64,000 nucleotides of DNA from Eledone cirrhosa (Eukaryota): positions 339,636,001 to 339,700,000 of the forward strand of contig OZ024740.1 in the NCBI GenBank assembly GCA_964016885.1. The letters are read 5' to 3'. Shown one piece after another: positions 42,005 to 54,088 of the stretch. Position 1 is the first letter of the stretch. Each line of letters starts with the position of its first letter. The translations under genes were made by a program, and so were the position numbers. The notes beneath the pieces are model-generated. The model worked only from the letters and a program-made list of their open reading frames with translations, did no database searches and had not been told where the DNA came from.

Positions 42005-42268
42005 TATATATCTATATCCAAAATTAAGATAAATCAAATGAATTTAATCTAAATCAAAATTATGGGTGTCGTGCCAGAAAGACATGCGGCATATTTCCCG
42101 CAAAATAAGCTCTAAGATTCTAACAAGTAGGTCCGAGCATTTTATAATAACAGAATCTTAGAGCTTATTTTGCGGGTGATATGGCGCATGTCTTTCTGGC
42201 ATGACACCCATAATTTTGATTTAGATTAAATTCATTTGATTTATCTTAATTTTGGATATAGATATATA
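42005..42268. repeat. Long inverted repeat (117-bp arms, 30-nt spacer) abutting (TA)n
   Basis: 42005-42121 versus 42152-42268, with few mismatches. Confidence 0.92.
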
Positions 42269-42344
42269 CATATATATATATATATATACATATATATAGG
42301 AACCAGTAAGACCCCGACAGCTGAGCTCAAGCCGTTTCGACGAT

Positions 42345-42369
42345 GTGTATATACATATATATATATATG

Positions 42370-42425
<56 letters not shown>

Positions 42426-42433
42426 CATATATG

Positions 42434-42482
<49 letters not shown>

Positions 42483-42490
42483 GTACATAC

Positions 42491-42521
<31 letters not shown>

Positions 42522-42617
42522 TATATGTATATACATATATATATATATACGTATATACATATATATATATATATATGTATATACATATATGTATATATAT
42601 ATATGTATATATGTATA

Positions 42618-42683
<66 letters not shown>

Positions 42684-42701
42684 TATGTGTATATATATAT
42701 A

Positions 42702-42732
<31 letters not shown>
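42345..42732. repeat. Long interrupted (TA)n (other microsatellites: (CT)n 5585-5722, (TG)n 20240-20345, (TACA)n 22455-22535, (TA)n 46120-46290)
   Basis: Direct observation. Confidence 0.97.
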
Positions 42733-43154
42733 GGGAATTTTACCCGCCTTAGGGTAAAAAACCCGACAACCACCTGATCACCTATAGATCAGGGGAGCAC
42801 TCTAGTCAGTTAGATTTTATCCTCATCAGAGGACGTGACAGATGGACGGTCGTAAACACAAAAGCCTTCCCTAGTGAGGAATGTACATCCCAACATAGCT
42901 TAGTTGTCAGCGACCTCACGGTCAGAACTAGACGAGCCCTGAAACAGAGGCCAACCTGGAGTAGAAAGATCTGGAAGCTGAAAGTCCCCTCAACCAGTAA
43001 CAGATTTAAAGATATTTTACTCAACGCCTACGACAGTAAAGAAGAACAGATAGAGACATTTAACGTAGAAGAGAACTGGGAGTTCCTAAAAAATAACTTA
43101 CTAGAGGCGACGGATGAGGTTTGTGGCTGGAGTAAGACCCCAAGCAGGAGGAGA

Positions 43155-44396
43155 GTGACTTGGTGGTGGAACAATAAGGTAGATGAAGCAGTCAAGGCCA
43201 AGAGACAGGCATGGAAAGAATGGAAGAACGGGGGGAGCAGGGTACATTACATAGAGACCAAGAGGGAAGCTAGGCGACAAGTATACTTAGCTAGGAGGGA
43301 AGCAGAGGATAGAAAATTCAAGCATGTTTTACAACGTGAGGACCAGAAACAGGAGGTATTCAAGATTGCGAGGCAGTGTGTCAGAGATAGTTGTGATGTC
43401 ATTGGAGAGAAGTGTATCCGGAATGATAAAGGTGAGCTTGCCCTCACAAGTGCTGAGAAGAAAGATGCATGGAAGAGTCATTATGATAGATTACTAAATG
43501 AGGAGAATGCATGGGAAGAAGAGACCCTACCCCACGTAGACCCTATAGAGGGACCAGCAGTACAAGTCAGCGGCAGCGTAGTAAGTAAGGCAATCAGAGA
43601 TATGAAGATAGGGAAGGCAACCGGTCCATCGGGTATAGCTGCCGAGATGCTGAAGGCATCTGGGTCTGTAGGTCACACTATAACCACACGTATCGTTAAC
43701 CAGGTAATACTAGAGGGGGCCATACCAAAAGATTGGTGCAGTAGCATCATTGTCAACTGCTACAAAGGTAAAGGCGATGCACTAGATAGAGGAAACTATA
43801 GAGGTATGAAGTTGATGGACCAGGTCATGAAAGTAACAGAAAGAGTTATAGCACAGCTGATTAGGGACCGGGTGAATATAGACGAGATGCAATTTGGGTT
43901 TGTACCAGGGAAAGGCACCACTGATGCCCTCTTCCTTGTGAGGCAATTACAGGAAAAGTACCTAGCTAAAAGTAAGCCACTCTACTTGGCATTTGTCGAC
44001 CTTGAGAAAGCCTTTGACAGAGTTCCACGTGCAGTAATCTGGTGGGCTCTTAGAAAACTAGGAGTAGATGAATGGCTTGTGAAAGCGGTACAAGCCATGT
44101 ATAGGGGAGCAGTCAGCAAAGTTAGGATTAGCAATGAGTATAGCGAGGAATTTAGCGTACAGGTTGGGGTCCACCAGGGCTCTGTTCTTAGCCCTCTCCT
44201 GTTCATCATAGTCCTGCAGGCAATAACGGAGGAGTTTAAGACCGGATGCCCATGGGAACTCCTGTATGCTGATGACCTCGCACTCATAGCTGAATCTATG
44301 GTAGAACTAGAGAATAAATTCCAAACCTGGAAGCAGGGACTAGAGAGAAAGGGCCTCAAAGTCAACATGACGAAGACTAAGGTCCTAGAAAACTAG
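43155..44396 (+). CDS. RTE ORF2 linker and RT, N-terminal part (frame open from 42756; terminated by the duplication junction)
   Basis: ORF track 413 aa with RT motifs through YADD. The stop is created at the junction with the duplicated segment. Confidence 0.9.
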   Translation: MTWWWNNKVDEAVKAKRQAWKEWKNGGSRVHYIETKREARRQVYLARREAEDRKFKHVLQREDQKQEVFKIARQCVRDSCDVIGEKCIRNDKGELALTSAEKKDAWKSHYDRLLNEENAWEEETLPHVDPIEGPAVQVSGSVVSKAIRDMKIGKATGPSGIAAEMLKASGSVGHTITTRIVNQVILEGAIPKDWCSSIIVNCYKGKGDALDRGNYRGMKLMDQVMKVTERVIAQLIRDRVNIDEMQFGFVPGKGTTDALFLVRQLQEKYLAKSKPLYLAFVDLEKAFDRVPRAVIWWALRKLGVDEWLVKAVQAMYRGAVSKVRISNEYSEEFSVQVGVHQGSVLSPLLFIIVLQAITEEFKTGCPWELLYADDLALIAESMVELENKFQTWKQGLERKGLKVNMTKTKVLEN

Positions 44397-44430
44397 GAGT
44401 AGATGAAAACTAGGAGTAGATGAATGGCTT

Positions 44431-45579
44431 GTGAAAGCGGTACAAGCCATGTATAGGGGAGCAGTCAGCAAAGTTAGGATTGGCAATGAGTATAGCGAGG
44501 AATTTAGCGTACAGGTTGGGGTCCACCAGGGCTCTGTTCTTAGCCCTCTCCTCTTCATCATAGTCCTGCAGGCAATAACGGAGGAGTTTAAGACCGGATG
44601 CCCATGGGAACTCCTGTATGCTGATGACCTCGCACTCATAGCTGAATCTATGGTAGAACTAGAGAATAAATTCCAAACCTGGAAGCAGGGACTAGAGAGA
44701 AAGGGCCTCAAAGTCAACATGACAAAGACTAAGGTCCTTATAAGTAGACGAGAAAACAGAACCCAGATCCCCTCAGGGAAATGGCCTTGCTCAGTATGTA
44801 GGAAAGGTGTAGGTAGGAACTCCATTCTTTGCCCCAAATGCAAACAATGGGTACACAAGAGATGTAGCGGGATCTCAGGAAGCTTAATTAAGAATGTAGG
44901 ATTCACATGCAGCAGCTGTGCTGAAACAGCAAGCAAACAGCCACAGGAAACAAGTACCACCAATCTCTGGGAGGGCCCTGTAGAAACAGTAGACAGCTTC
45001 TGCTACCTAGGTGACCGAATTAGCAACGGAGGTGGGTGCTCAGAAAGTACAATAACTAGGGTAAGAACGGGATGGAAGAAGTTTAGGGAACTACTACCAC
45101 TGCTAGCTGCAAAAGGCTTCTCCCTCAGAATGAAAGGCAGACTGTATGATGCGTGTATCCGAACAGCGATGTTGCATGGTAGTGAGACCTGGGCGCTGAA
45201 GGTGGAAGACTTACGTAGATTAGAGAGAAACGAAGCCTGCTTGCTCCGATGGATGTGTAACAGTAATATACGTGAACGACAAAGCATAAATGAATTGAGA
45301 GAGAGACTGAGCATAAGAGGAATCAAATGCTGCGTGCAGGAGAGGCGGTTACGCTGGTATGGACATGTGATGCGTATGAAGGATGACAGCTGCATAAAAA
45401 GGTGCAGAGCACTAGAAGTTGATGGAAACCGCGGAGTGGGGAGACCCAAGATGACTTGGGATGAGGTGATAAAAGCCGACCTTACCCAACTACACCTCTC
45501 AAAGTCAATGACACACGACCGTGACTTCTGGCGTCACGCAGTAATACAGGGTACCCGACCTCCCATGGGTACATGCTGA
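44431..45579 (+). CDS. RTE ORF2 C-terminal part: RT palm, PHD-like finger, thumb and C-terminus
   Basis: QGSVLSP, YADD, C-x2-C...C-x2-C-x4-H-x2-C...C-x2-C, FCYLG, RRLRWYGHV. Confidence 0.9.
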   Translation: MKAVQAMYRGAVSKVRIGNEYSEEFSVQVGVHQGSVLSPLLFIIVLQAITEEFKTGCPWELLYADDLALIAESMVELENKFQTWKQGLERKGLKVNMTKTKVLISRRENRTQIPSGKWPCSVCRKGVGRNSILCPKCKQWVHKRCSGISGSLIKNVGFTCSSCAETASKQPQETSTTNLWEGPVETVDSFCYLGDRISNGGGCSESTITRVRTGWKKFRELLPLLAAKGFSLRMKGRLYDACIRTAMLHGSETWALKVEDLRRLERNEACLLRWMCNSNIRERQSINELRERLSIRGIKCCVQERRLRWYGHVMRMKDDSCIKRCRALEVDGNRGVGRPKMTWDEVIKADLTQLHLSKSMTHDRDFWRHAVIQGTRPPMGTC

Positions 45580-46162
45580 AGCATATAAACAATATGCCCC
45601 CCCCCCCACCGCAAGGTGGTCGTGGAGGTGCCACGGCAAAAAAGCACCCAGCCCACACTGTAAAGTGGACGTGTAGGCGCCACGAAAAAGCACCCAGCAC
45701 TCACTGTAAATGAGGTTGGTGTTAGGAAGGGCATCCAGCTGTAGAAATCAAGCCAGATCAGTTCCTGTATGAGCAAGGCATGGTCAGCCGACCAGACACT
45801 GCCCACAACAGGACAACCCGTCTAACCCATGCTAGCGTGGAAGAACGGACGTAAAACGGTGATGATGATGATGATGATGATATATATATATATATATACT
45901 ATAAATTATGTCCATAGAATCATTTGATAAGATATATACTCCATTTCCTCCCTCTCCCAATTAGCATAATCAACCACACAAAGAAACAATTAAACCAGGC
46001 TATAAGATTAAAAGGCACCTATGAAGAAATAATAGATAAATAAACAACAGCCATCTATTCGCAATCAACAGCCATAGAATATTTACCCAACATATCAATA
46101 GCACGTGGAACTCGATTATACATATGTATATACATATATATATATATATGTATATATCTATC

Positions 46163-46275
<113 letters not shown>

Positions 46276-46813
46276 GTATATATATATATATCTCACTCAC
46301 GTCGGACGGTCTGTAGTCTCTCGCCCATGAAATCCACACAGCTTAAGCTGATCGGACTCCCATGTGCTTGTTTTTTCCTATCTTTGCGTTGCTATCCTTC
46401 TATGTTTGTTTACTTGTCTCACTCGCTTTACGCGATTTACTTGTCCCAATAGCTTTATTTAGCTATTGCTCGCACCAACCGGAGGTATATGATTTTTAAA
46501 GCGATGAAATACCAATGAAGGTTGGAAAATCACTAATGAAGGACTATTTTTATCATATGTAACCCATGTGCAACCACGCAGTATTCTTTCTTCTCATGTT
46601 TTTCATATATATCAGAGAGAGAGAGGAGGTTTCGGGATTGGTATTAATTTCCTCAACATCAAAAAGAAGAAAGGCAAAGTTGACCTAACAGGATTTTGAC
46701 TCAAAACACAAAATGCCAGAACAAATATTCAGGCTTTCAAACTCCTGCACTCTTACTCAGTTCTCTCTGGGTTTTGGGCTTCGTATTTATTATAACTACT
46801 ATATATGTGTGAA

Positions 46814-47067
46814 TGTGCATGGCTTAGTGGTTAGAGCATTGGGCTTGCAATTGAAAGGTTGTGAATTCGCTTCTCGGACCGGATGATGTGTTGTGTCCTT
46901 GAGCAAGACACTTTATTTCATATTGTTCCAGTTTACTCAGCTGTAGAAATGAGTTGCGACGTCACTGGTGCCAAGCTGTATCGGCCATAGCCTTTCACTT
47001 GGACATCCTCAGTGGCGTGGAGAGGGAAACTTTCTAAGTGCAAATCACATGTCAGAAGAGGGTCTTC
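46814..47067 (+). mobile_element. tRNA-derived SINE family B (also 28188-28495 +, 9231-9500 +, 30929-31640 + split, 4800-4960 -, 23165-23410 -)
   Basis: A box tggcttagtggttagagc, B-box-like gaattcgcttc, then gtgtccttgagcaagacactt...actcagctgtagaaatgag. Confidence 0.82.
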
Positions 47068-47512
47068 GATATAAGTATATACATATATATAAATGGTAGT
47101 TTAAGACCAACAAAAAATATACAGCTCCAAACTAGTTTCTTCTATTAATCTTTTGATTAATAGGGATTTTATCCTGAAATATAAGAGCCTATAAAGGACC
47201 CAAAGGTAACAACACCCCAGCATCATTGTTATATTTTTAACATTTACCATCCAATATACATTATGATAGCTTTCCAACAAAGCACTATTTTTTACACTTT
47301 ACATAATGTTTCAAGCAAACAACAAAAACCTCTTCTATATATATAATTAATAATAAGTTAACAAAATCAAAATACCATGGAATGTATGGTACTGCAATAT
47401 CGTACCAGTCACTGTTCTACTCATTGCTATCTGGGTGTAAACAGATGCAGAGTATAGCGCTATGGAATTTGGTAGTGAGGTGGCAAAATATGAACAAAAT
47501 ATATGTGTAATG

Positions 47513-47571
<59 letters not shown>

Positions 47572-47597
47572 CATACATACATACATACATACATACA

Positions 47598-47627
<30 letters not shown>

Positions 47628-47628
<1 letters not shown>

Positions 47629-47944
47629 CATCATCATCATCATCATCACCGTTTTACGTCCGTTCTTCCACGCTAGCATGGGTTAGACGGGTTGTCCTGT
47701 TGTGGGCAGTGTCTGGTCGGCTGACCATGCCTTGCTCATACAGGAACTGATCTGGCTTGATTTCTACAGCTGGATGCCCTTCCTAACACCAACCTCATTT
47801 ACAGTGAGTGCTGGGTGCTTTTTCGTGGCGCCTACACGTCCACTTTACAGTGTGGGCTGGGTGCTTTTTTGCCGTGGCACCTCCACGACCACCTTGCGGT
47901 GGGGGGGGGGGGCATATTGTTTATATGCTTCAGCATGTACCCAT
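47628..47944 (-). mobile_element. RTE A1 3' UTR fragment
   Basis: Essentially the exact reverse complement of 45564-45880. Confidence 0.93.
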
Positions 47945-48230
47945 ACATACATACAAATTTAAGGTATCAAAACATATCAATTATGTATGATATTTGTGCT
48001 TCTCAATAGAAAAGCTCTATGGACATTTGTCCAGAGCATCAGTAATTCAAATTAATAGATATATGTAGATATATAGAGAGAGAAAGGACCATATATCTTC
48101 ATAGAACACAGTATTTTGAATATAAACAAAAAAATTATAATTCCTTATAGCGCTATTTCATGATTTGAAGGACCAGAACTTAAAATCAATCCAAGCAATC
48201 GATCATCGATCAATAGCTATCAATATATAT

Positions 48231-48607
48231 CATCATCATCATCTTCATTTTACATCTGCTTTTCCTTGCTTCCAAGGGTGGGATGGGTTCTATTCAGCAC
48301 AGCATCTCTACACTTGTCACAGTCCTTCGTCATCTCCTCCGTGAGTTTCAGCAATCTGAGGTCTGCTCTCACCACCTCAGCCCATTTCTTTTGTGGTCTT
48401 CCTCTACTGCGTCTTCCTTCTACTGGCATTTCTTGACACTTCTTTACCCAGTGATCATCCTCCATGCGCATCACACGTCCATACCATCGCAGTCTTCTCT
48501 CCCGCACACTACAACTTATCCCTCTTAAACACAGTTTCTCTCTCAACACATCCATGCTCAGTCGTTCATGTACATTGACATTGCACATCCAATGGAGCAC
48601 AGGCATC
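48231..48607 (-). mobile_element. RTE LINE family C 3' fragment
   Basis: ORF WMCNVNVHERLS...RRLRWYGRVMRM...GRPQKKW, short 3' end and (CAT)n on +. Confidence 0.9.
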
Positions 48608-48611
48608 ATAT

Positions 48612-48783
48612 AACTGAAAAGTTCTTAGGCTGACCAAGATACTCTCATGGAATGACCAAATGAGGTTTATTTTCAACATAATCCCAGGAAAGAAACAATG
48701 CAGTTATTAATAAGAAGAGTTGAAATTAATGCATGCATTATTCCTTCATAGTCAGCCTACGAACTTTTCAGCTGATCATTGTT

Positions 48784-48788
<5 letters not shown>
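48612..48788. mobile_element. Mariner-type MITE
   Basis: TIRs ctgaaaagttcttaggctgac/gtcagcctacgaacttttcag; second copy at 28737-28910. Confidence 0.8.
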
Positions 48789-48835
<47 letters not shown>

Positions 48836-49726
48836 TATATATGATGGGCTTCCACACAGTCTGCCTACCAAACTTCACTCATAGGGTAATAGTCAACCCA
48901 TGACTATGATGGTAGATGACACTTTCCCAAGGTGTCATGCTGTAGGACTGAACCTGAAACAATATAGTTATGAAACAAACTCCCTAACACCACACAGCTA
49001 TGCCTGTCAATTTGTTTCTGCTTTTTTTTTTTTATCAAAATAGTTTTAGCATCCAAACATTGGCTAGAATGAGTAAAATAGTAAAAAGACAAGCTTCTAG
49101 AATTGTGAAGAAGTTTTAATGATTTTTCAACAAATATTAATTAGCAAAACAGCTGCTTAGAAGGAACAGTTCTCTATATTTTTCATCTATAGATTTTCTT
49201 CTTTCATTAAAAAAAATATCAAAATAAAAAACCAAAGTAAATGCTCATCTTGTTGATTAGTTTTCAGAACTATTTTCAAGTATGTGAAAAAGCTTTATTT
49301 TGTCTTTAAGAGAGAGAAACACTTCACAAGAATTAATTTGTTGTTAGTGTATTTCTTGAGGAAAAAAAAATGCATATTGACACCTTAAATGATGCATCCT
49401 GGTGGAGAACTGTAACTCTCTCACTCCCTAACTCTTTCTCTCCCCTCCTCTCTCTCACCTCTCTCTCTCACCTCTCTCTCTCCTCTCTCTCTCACCTCTC
49501 TCTCTCTCCTCTCTCCCTCCCCTCTCTTCCTCTCTCCTATCTCCCTCTCTCCTCTCTCACACTCTCTCCTCTCTCACACTCTCTCCTCTCTCATTCTGTC
49601 CCTCTCTTTCATCATTTGAATAATGATTTCTTTTATTGGCCACAAGGGCCCTACTATTTGAATCATAAACATCTTTTGTTTGGGTGTTGGTGGTGACGGC
49701 AGTAGCTGTGATTGTGAATTTGTGGT

Positions 49727-49760
<34 letters not shown>

Positions 49761-50284
49761 ATTTCTATCTTAAAATTGACTTACCTAATTGTCAGAATTG
49801 ATGGTCATCATTATTGTTGTTATTTTGCTTACTGTCATTTTAAATTAAAACTTTTTCCCCATTTCCATTTATTTTTCTGACCTTCTGTCTTATTCAATAT
49901 GTCTGAAATTCTGTTGGAAATTTTTTCTTTCTGTAAATGTCTATGGGGTGTCAGACTATTAATGTTTGTTCTATCAAATATATTTCCTTGAGATGTTAGT
50001 GAGTGTATATGTAAAAATATTTATGCATCTGTATGTAGGCAGTGTGTTGGTAGGTGTATATGTATGCACTTGCATAAACATATTTCTTTATACATTTACA
50101 TGTGTTTGTTTTCTGTCACACAACATTACACTTATATTATTGACCTCCTGGTCTTTCCTTCTTACTGTGAGGAAAACAAGCCCATTGCTGTCATACAGAA
50201 GCAAATCCTTAAACATCTGCCCTATTCAATCCCTAACTACTAATACAGCTGTATCTATGGTAGCAGTTTATATTGTTGTTTAAT

Positions 50285-50735
50285 ATTTTCTTTACCATAT
50301 TTCTAATGACACTGTCTATGATTTTCAAATAATTTTCAAAATAATCAAGAAGTTGTAGGGATTTAGTAAAATCCCTAACTTTCTCGTTATTAAAATGGTG
50401 TTTGTAACATGATTTAAACCAGCCATATCTGGCCAGAATTCTCTCAGCTCGTTATGTTCAAACCAGCTGTAACTAGCTACTTATACTTATGTTAAAGTAC
50501 TGTTCTCAAATTAAATAATATCAAATCTCTTAGTATCAGTATTATGTGAGATAATTAGGTGAGATAAAGACTTTACCATGGAAATATAATAGTATATATA
50601 GAATAATGTAAATGCTAAAGGGTTAACAAAGGTTTTTAAATAAACTTAGGATGGAATGTTTTAAAATAAATATGAACACTTTAAAATGAAAAGGTTTTTT
50701 TTTTTGTCAGAAAGTCAGACAGTTTAGTAACAAAG
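50285..50735. mobile_element. piggyBac-like MITE family 2 with a nested family 1 copy (about 50412-50622)
   Basis: Flanks match 22880-23145. The insert ends aatgctaaaggg-TTAA. Confidence 0.7.
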
Positions 50736-50869
50736 ATCCAATAAACCTATGATCAATGATATTTTAGCTGTGATCATCAAATTAGTACATTATTCTATGT
50801 ACTATACATGCACCTTTGATGAGTTGTAGTGCACCTGAGCACTGTACACAATAATTTTCATTATTATTA

Positions 50870-51047
50870 TTGGCAGTATCGGTAGAGGGTCGAACGCCAT
50901 GCTTTCCAGCATAGTTACGTCCCTTTACGGTCTGAGTTCAAATCCCGTCGAAGTTAACTTTGCCTTTCATCCTTACCGGGTCGATAAAATAAAGTACCAG
51001 TAATGAACTGGGTAATTGCTGGCTTTGTGTCAAAAGTAGAAACAATT
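50870..51047 (+). mobile_element. SINE family A (older copies near 9780-10080, 19170-19370, 34450-34680, 46630-46730, 63850-63960)
   Basis: Matches 29113-29290. Confidence 0.9.
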
Positions 51048-53547
51048 ATTATTATATATGTCTGAAGTCTAATAGGACCAAAATATGTTCATTTATTTAT
51101 TTCACCAGTTTGCTCTAAAGATCCAATTTACACCAATTTGTATTGTCTATATTGTCTAATTTACACCAGTCTGTGTTGCCTACATTGTCTAATAGTTCTC
51201 ATTGCAGTTATTTCCCTTGCTAGTTTTTTTTTTTAGATTTTAAACACCTCTAGATATAGTGTTATCTACTAATTGCTTGGATAATTTCAGTTGATCAAAG
51301 TTTTCAACTCACTTTATTACTTATATGAGACCCTACTGCATTTTCAATTTGTATTTGTTATGCAGACTGCTCATATGAGGTACTTTTATGCCGTATATGC
51401 CATGTTATTAATGTGTGAGCATTGTATATCTCTCTCCCTCTCTCCTTAATAGTATATATATATATATGAATATATATATATGTGTGTGTGTGCACATACA
51501 TACATACATACAATGTAGAATAGTGCTTCCTTTTACAATATGTATATATATTTTAATTAATAATCTTACCATTATTTCTTCATTGGAACCATTAGTGTGG
51601 AACCATAACATAATATCACCCTTCTCTTATACTCTACACCATACATCACTATACATATTATTTTATTGGTTTCAGTCACTGGACTGTGGCCATGCTTGGG
51701 CACCATCTTTAAGCTTTTATTTCAGTCTGGTGCTTATATTATTAATCTCTAAATGTCAAACTGATAAGTTACGCTTATGTGAATATATACACAGACAAGG
51801 TTACATGCACATGTGCACACGTACCCCCCCCCCCCCATACACACACACACATACGTACACCTCACCCCACCCTCACACACACACACACACACTCATATAC
51901 TACAGACTACATCAAGTTTCTATATACCAAATTTCACTCTCAAGTTATTGATCAACCCCAGGCTGTAGTAAAAAATACTCATCAAAGAGTTTGCACAATG
52001 GGGCTGAACCCAGAACTACATGGCTGTGAAACAAACTGTATCCATACCTATATATTGATTTCTCTTCACTAGACATAATACATACCGTTGTAATACAGTA
52101 GTGTCTTACATATTAAATATAATGAGTATTAGATATGTTGAGAAATTTTCATTAACTGAAATTATCTGTGGCAGTAGGAGAGAAAAATTCCCGGCAATAG
52201 TTTCTGTAAGGCTGGAGTAAAATCATTTGGATAGACCTATTGCTAGAAATAGCAGCTAAATTTCCCTCATTCTTGACCCTGCCAAGAAGTGACGATCATT
52301 GTGGGAATGTCTTCAACAACAGGTATGTTTTATCGATGCTTACCTGGTGCTAAACAGCAGCAAAAGTTAATACATATTTCAATGAAGATGGAATTTTGTA
52401 ATGTAGTTTACGATGTGGCAAGATTTGAACACAAAACCAAAATGGAATCTAAATACACTCTGTAAACTAATTGGAGTTAAGAAGGGCATCCTGCCATGTA
52501 AGCCATGCCAAAACTGGAAGATTTGACTGAGACAGGGTCTTCACCCAGCAAGGAGGGCAGTAACTCCAAATATGAACCAGCTTGGGCAGTAAAAATCCAT
52601 ACAACTCATACCAACATGGAAAGTGAACATAAAATGATAATGGCAATAGCGATAGTGGTGGTGGTAGTGGTATGGTAGTGGTGATAGTGGTGATGATGGT
52701 GTTAGCAGTCCAGGTGGTAGTGTATGTGGTGATGAGGATAATGATGATGATGATTATCATTGAGGATGTTTTAAATAACTGTTATATTTGCTGTATGTAC
52801 TGCCCTCATCTACATTATTATTATTATTATTATTATCATTAATGGTTAAGATTTATTACACCTCTTTATAGATTATTGGCCAAAAGTTTATATATTTATT
52901 CTATGGATATGGTTATTAGAGTTAGCACTACTGCAATGATGTTACCATTAATGTATGATATTATGATAGGTTTATGTTACATCAGTGAAATAAGTAACTC
53001 TTTGAACTAACAATGTACATCACTTACAGTTTCCTAATAGCAGCAATAGTTGATATAATTATATTAACTATAATATTTGCATGTTTTTATTGTCTCTGCT
53101 ATATCTAGATCATTCTATTTACAATCACATTCTATTGCGATTAACAAAGCTGGACAAATATAAAACCTGTTGAATTCAAACTTCGATAATATAAGACTGA
53201 TGTGTCACCAATCAAGCAAAGGTCAAAATAGTGACCTATGTGCTCAAGATGTTTGGTTCCTGTGGTTTTGAATCTAGTCTCACTGTCAGTTACCTTCTAC
53301 TGTAGCCTTGAGTTGACCAAAGACATGATTGAAATTTGTGAAATGTAAATTGTGCGGGAGAGCGATCTCATTGAAGAGACCATACCATCATTGAGACATA
53401 GGCATTATTTTAACAAGGGTTATAAATTTATATATACACATTTATATATATACATGTGTGTGTGTGTGTATATATATATATGGGTGTGTATGTGTTCATA
53501 GAATATATAAATGTATATAAATATGTTTGTGTGTGTATATATATATA

Positions 53548-53850
53548 TCATCATCATCATCATCATCATTTTACGTCCGCTTTTCCCTGCTTGCAAGAGT
53601 GGGACGGGTCTTATTCAGCACAGCATCTCTCCACTCGTCACGGTCCTTCATCATCTCCACCGTGAGCTTCAATGATCTGAGGTCTGTTCTTACCACCTCC
53701 GCCCATGTTTTTTGTGGTCTACCTCTACCACGTCTTCCTTCAACTGACATTTCCTGGCACTTCTTCACCCATCGGTCATCCTCCATGTGCATCACATGTC
53801 CATACCACCTCAGTCTCCTCTCCCGTACACTACATTCTATCCCTCTCAGA
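53548..53850 (-). mobile_element. RTE LINE family C 3' fragment
   Basis: LRGIECSVRERRLRWYGHVMHM...GRPQKTW; similar to 48231-48607. Confidence 0.9.
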
Positions 53851-53852
53851 CA

Positions 53853-54088
53853 CAACAAAAAGCATCCAGTCACCACTGTAAAGTGGTCGTGTAGGAGATA
53901 GTAAAAAGGCTCCCAGTCTACACTGTAAATGTGGTTGGTGTTAGGAAGGGCATCCAGTCATAGAAAACCTGCCAGAAACAGTTTTGTACAAGTGAGACAT
54001 GGACTCCCGACCAATCTCACCTCAAGTGGGACAAAACTGTCCAACCCATGCTAGCGTGAAAGATTCACGTTAAATGATGAGGATGATA
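53853..54088 (+). mobile_element. RTE (A2-like) 3' UTR fragment
   Basis: ggttggtgttaggaagggcatcc...ctcaagtgggac...acccatgctagcgtg...gatgaggatgat, shared with the 57000-57200 UTR. Confidence 0.8.

Larger units (their letters stand above)
42756..45880 (+). mobile_element. RTE-clade LINE (family A1), 5'-truncated within the APE endonuclease, with internal duplication, 3' UTR and (GAT)n tail
   Basis: Frame open from 42756 ([13 protein letters not shown]...SQHSLVV, end of the APE domain) into RT motifs NYRG, QFGF, DLEKAFD, QGSVLSP, YADD, and the RTE C-terminus RRLRWYGHV...GRPKMTW. Tail gatgatgat at about 45860-45880. Confidence 0.96.

Noticed and set aside
42221-42777. Long YIYI/HIYI ORFs (also near 17500, 20170, 46100, 47400)
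   Set aside because: Translations of stop-free microsatellites, not genes.
47120-47200. Hairpin plus GAAACTAGTT on the minus strand; also ctaatga near 46533
   Set aside because: Only one half of the hammerhead core is present at each site and the other half is not recognisable.
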